Under the pieces are notes generated by a model. The model was not told where the DNA came from. It searched no databases and was given only the letters and a program-made list of their open reading frames with translations. This document shows, piece after piece, positions 60,718 through 64,000 of a stretch of DNA of 64,000 nucleotides (positions within the stretch are counted from its first letter, which is position 1; each line of letters begins with the position of its first letter). The DNA is from Octopus sinensis (taxonomy: Eukaryota), in contig NC_042999.1 of NCBI RefSeq assembly GCF_006345805.1, positions 148,986,001 through 149,050,000 of the forward strand. The letters are read 5' to 3'. The position numbers were made by a program, and so were the translations under genes.

Positions 60718-61781
60718 CAGGATGTGGTGAATAAATTGTCATCTATATTTTGCAAAAATGAAAATGACACTGACATCTCGTTTTAACAGATATATTTACC
60801 AAAATTACATAAAAATAACTTGAATTGCCATTGGCTTCAACCATGGCCTCCAGATGACTTCGGAATCTCTTGAACTCTTCTAGAGAGTCTCCTTGTTTAA
60901 CCCTTTTGTGTTAAAACTGGTTGTATCTGGCCAAAATATTCTCCCTGTTTTATGTTAAAACTGGTCAGATATGGTCTTTCATAGCTACCTTACAGTGTTT
61001 TTTCAAAAATAAACAATCACATCATTGAAATCTCAAAGCCATGAAATAATGCATGATTCATTTAAAATGGTGTGCATACATAAGCTTTACATTTGACAGA
61101 ATAATCTGAATGCTAATGGGTTAAGTTGGTGAATGCTGCCATAATCCTTGCTTTCTGTTCATCTTTGGTGTTACAAGGAGTTTTGTTGGTCTCTTGCTCA
61201 ACTGTGCCCCACACATTATAATCAAGAGGGTTACAGTCTGGGGAGTTAGGTGGCCAGATGTTAGGGGTGATGTGGTCACAGAAATTGTCTGACAGTCATG
61301 ACTGGGTTCTGTTTGTGTGGCATGGTGCAGAGTCCTGTTGCCAGACATAGGGTCTTCTAGTAGCCACCTTCTTGACCTGGGGCAGCACTGCCTCCTCCAT
61401 GCACTTGATGTAGGCTTCCATGTTGAGTGTGAGGCCATGTGGGAAGATGAATGGAGGCATAACATCGCCATCACAAGTGATCACTCCAAATACCATGATG
61501 TTGACTGGATGTTTGATTTTTATCATTCTCACTACATGTCTTCAGATTGACACCCAGACATTCTGAAATGTTCCTATTGGAGCTCCTAGTGTGAATGCCA
61601 AGCAGTACAGTATATTGTTTCCAAATTTCTGTCAGAGTGAATTGCATCATGGTGCTGTTTTTCTCACAGACAGTGCCCAATTGACCCTACTATACTGTGC
61701 AGTCAACAAAATCAAGAACAAACAATGCACATGTGTGAAATTAACAATATAAAATGTCGACAATTTACCCATTGCACCTTG
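60718..61781 (-). mobile_element. Tc1/mariner maT-type transposon interrupted by a TTAA MITE (60897-61124)
   Basis: TA-flanked TIRs. HPVNIMVFGVITCDGDVMPPFIF, YVWQQDSAPCH and WPPNSPDCNPLDY motifs. Confidence 0.88.
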
Positions 61782-61829
61782 TATATTGCCCAGGAGAATA
61801 CCTAGATGTAGTCTGTAGTTTCTATTACA

Positions 61830-62650
61830 TTAGTGGTCTAATAATCAGTGGAGGAGAATGTACTGAAAATATAGTTGTTAGAATATGAACCAGCTGGAGA
61901 AAGTTCAGAGTGCTATTACTTTTGTTAGTAATAAAAGGCATCTCTCTCAGAGTGAAAGACAGATTGTGTGATGCATGTGTATGAGCAGCAATGCTACATG
62001 GTTGTGCAAAGCAGGTCATGAATGCAGAGGACATGTGAAGTCTAGAAAGAAATGAAACTTATCATTCAGCCTGCAGCCTCTTACCTCATAGCTATCTGCA
62101 TGGTCGTGTCCTCTGTCTTCTGCTAGGTCATTCTACTAGGTCTTTATTCTCATCTGGTGCAGCGGCAGCAGGCTGGAAGAGGCCTTGCGGAAGGCCCCAA
62201 ACCAGATGACTAGACATGGTTGAGGAAGATCTCAAAAGGCTCAATATCACTTTAGAGGGTACAGAAGGGCTGGCATGGGGCCACCAGCGATGGAGAGCAC
62301 TGGAGAACCTGGTCAGTTCTATGCATGATGAACCCTCTGGGGCCACTAACTTGGAATGACCCTAGCCCCATCAAGCAAGAGCATGAAGCCAAGCCAAATC
62401 AAACCAGTTCTGCAGGATGTTCAACATCAGTGTACAACAAAGTGCAAATGCATTCAGAGAAAAGCTGGGGATAGGAGGCATCAAGTGTAGTGTGCAAGAG
62501 AGAAGACTGTGTTGGTTTGGTCATGTGATGCATAATAGCTGCATAAGGATGTGCTGATAGCATAAAGTGGATAAAATTTATGGAAGAGGGAGACATGGAA
62601 CAAGGTAGTGAAAACTAACCCCAGGTTGTTGAGCTTCATGAAGGAGATGA
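61830..62650 (+). mobile_element. RTE C-terminal fragments with a nested RTE/RTEX-like 3' end (about 62050-62400)
   Basis: GWKRPCGRPQTR*LDMVEEDLKRLNI...WRAL with an (aagcc)n tail, flanked by degenerate KGRLYDACV / WFGHV-type sequence. Confidence 0.55.
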
Positions 62651-63395
62651 AAAAAATTGAGATAATTGGTAATTCATTGTGCTTGAGAAAACCTGTCTAC
62701 CTCAGCCAAAAATAAGAAAAAATATGGTCCTAAAAGCATATTGTAACATCTGCTCCTAATTTGTACCTGTCAAACCTTCTCCACAACTCCTTTTTGTAAT
62801 ATGCATTCCTCCTTCAAAGCTCAAACTACAGTACTATTTCCTCAGCTGCTGTAATTACACAAGAGTAGATCTGCTGCCAGTTATTCCTCTCCTTGGTACC
62901 ACTTCCCTTGTCACATCCTGCATTCTTAACACCATCCTGTACCACTTAATTTTACACTGAATGCCTCTTTCCATAAACACCCTCTCATACCTACCTTTGT
63001 TTGTTACTCAATATATCCACTTCTACATGCTTCTAGCCTCTGTCATTCTGCACCCCCTCTCTCCATCACACATCACATCATCTCCCTCCACTTATGTACT
63101 GTCATCTGTCACCTCATCCGCCTTGATCCACTCCTCTTTTTCCTTTTTCAAAAAGAACAGATAGCATGGTACTGTAGGCTACAGGTAGCAAGCCCACTAT
63201 GCATGCAAGAGTCCAGGAGTTACAACAAAACCTGAGATAAAAAGAATAAATTAAAACAACAACAAAATGCCCTGATGCAGTACTAGGCAGTGGCGCTCAT
63301 GGCTTTTGATCTTAACTGATCAGAAGTGTTATCATATACATTGTTTTGTCTTGGTATAAAAGATAGGCTACAGACACACGGATGGGCTGTCAAGA

Positions 63396-64000
63396 TTGAT
63401 TCCTAAATACAATGAACTGTTAGAGGACATGGTAATAACAGCATTAAAAGCTGAAATCTTCTTTCACATTGATTCTGTTGTCACCAGGGCTTGTTATATC
63501 GATTATCATGCATGTTCTTTCTTTTTTATTCACCACAACAATGTCTGGTCAGGTGATCACACTGAATCATTGCATCCCTCAAGATTTTGCAATTCTCATT
63601 TTTGGTGACTCCTTCAGGGGTTTTCTCATACCATGCAAAAGTTCTTTATAGACTGTGATTTCCACAGAGCTCCCAATGGATCATTCTTACCACATTGTCA
63701 GTGTCCTATGAATTTGTGTTGTGTCAATTTTGGGCATTCACTAACGATGTGCCATACCATTTCACTCCTCTCACATTCTACATTTGTTGCTGTCAGTAGT
63801 GCTGTCTATTCTGCACTTCACATAGTTGGTCCTTAATACTTGCTCTTGAGCTGCATATATGAGTTCTTCTGTCTCTTTCTTCAGGTCACTTCTCTTCATC
63901 CATAACCACCAGTCCTCTGCATCTGTCTTGGCATTCACATCTCTTGCAAACTGATCGTACATTTTTCCCTTCCATGCTTTTCCTTTTTTTTGTATTCATT
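63396..64000 (-). mobile_element. R4/Dong LINE C-terminal fragment, continuing beyond the window (a + strand 3' UTR piece of the same family lies at 63160-63250)
   Basis: WLWMKRSDLKKETEELIYAAQEQVLRTNY...KCRMCERSEMVWHIVSECPKL (CCHC zinc knuckle). Confidence 0.85.

Overview
AT-rich animal genomic DNA, most likely an octopus or other coleoid cephalopod. This is inferred from the dense (TA)n/(CA)n/(CAT)n microsatellites and the SINE/LINE/MITE repertoire, not proven. The main feature is the 5' half of a minus-strand DIS3L2 gene (RNase II/RNB-family, uridylation-dependent 3'-5' exoribonuclease). Eleven phase-compatible GT-AG exons at 732-19043 encode the CSD1/CSD2 region and the start of the RNB domain, with an intact catalytic motif [12 protein letters not shown]. 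The gene continues beyond base 1. Further upstream on the same strand are candidate lineage-specific N-terminal exons: a 724-nt Lys/Glu-rich exon with NLS-like clusters (38400-39123) and a duplicated exon pair (25231-25362 and 25647-25801). One copy of that pair sits inside a TTAA-flanked piggyBac-type MITE and still shows coding-like divergence. The introns contain mariner and maT transposons, Helitron-type and DINE-1-like elements, R4/Dong, RTE, BovB-like and CR1 LINE fragments, and several tRNA-SINE families. Highlights: (i) a family of minimal type I hammerhead ribozymes of the Penelope type, including a near-intact one at 49111-49174 fused behind a tRNA-Glu(TTC) fragment; (ii) MITE capture of a host exon; (iii) an alternatively spliceable basic N-terminal extension of DIS3L2; (iv) many intronic hairpins and inverted repeats. 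All family assignments come from recalled motifs, not database searches.
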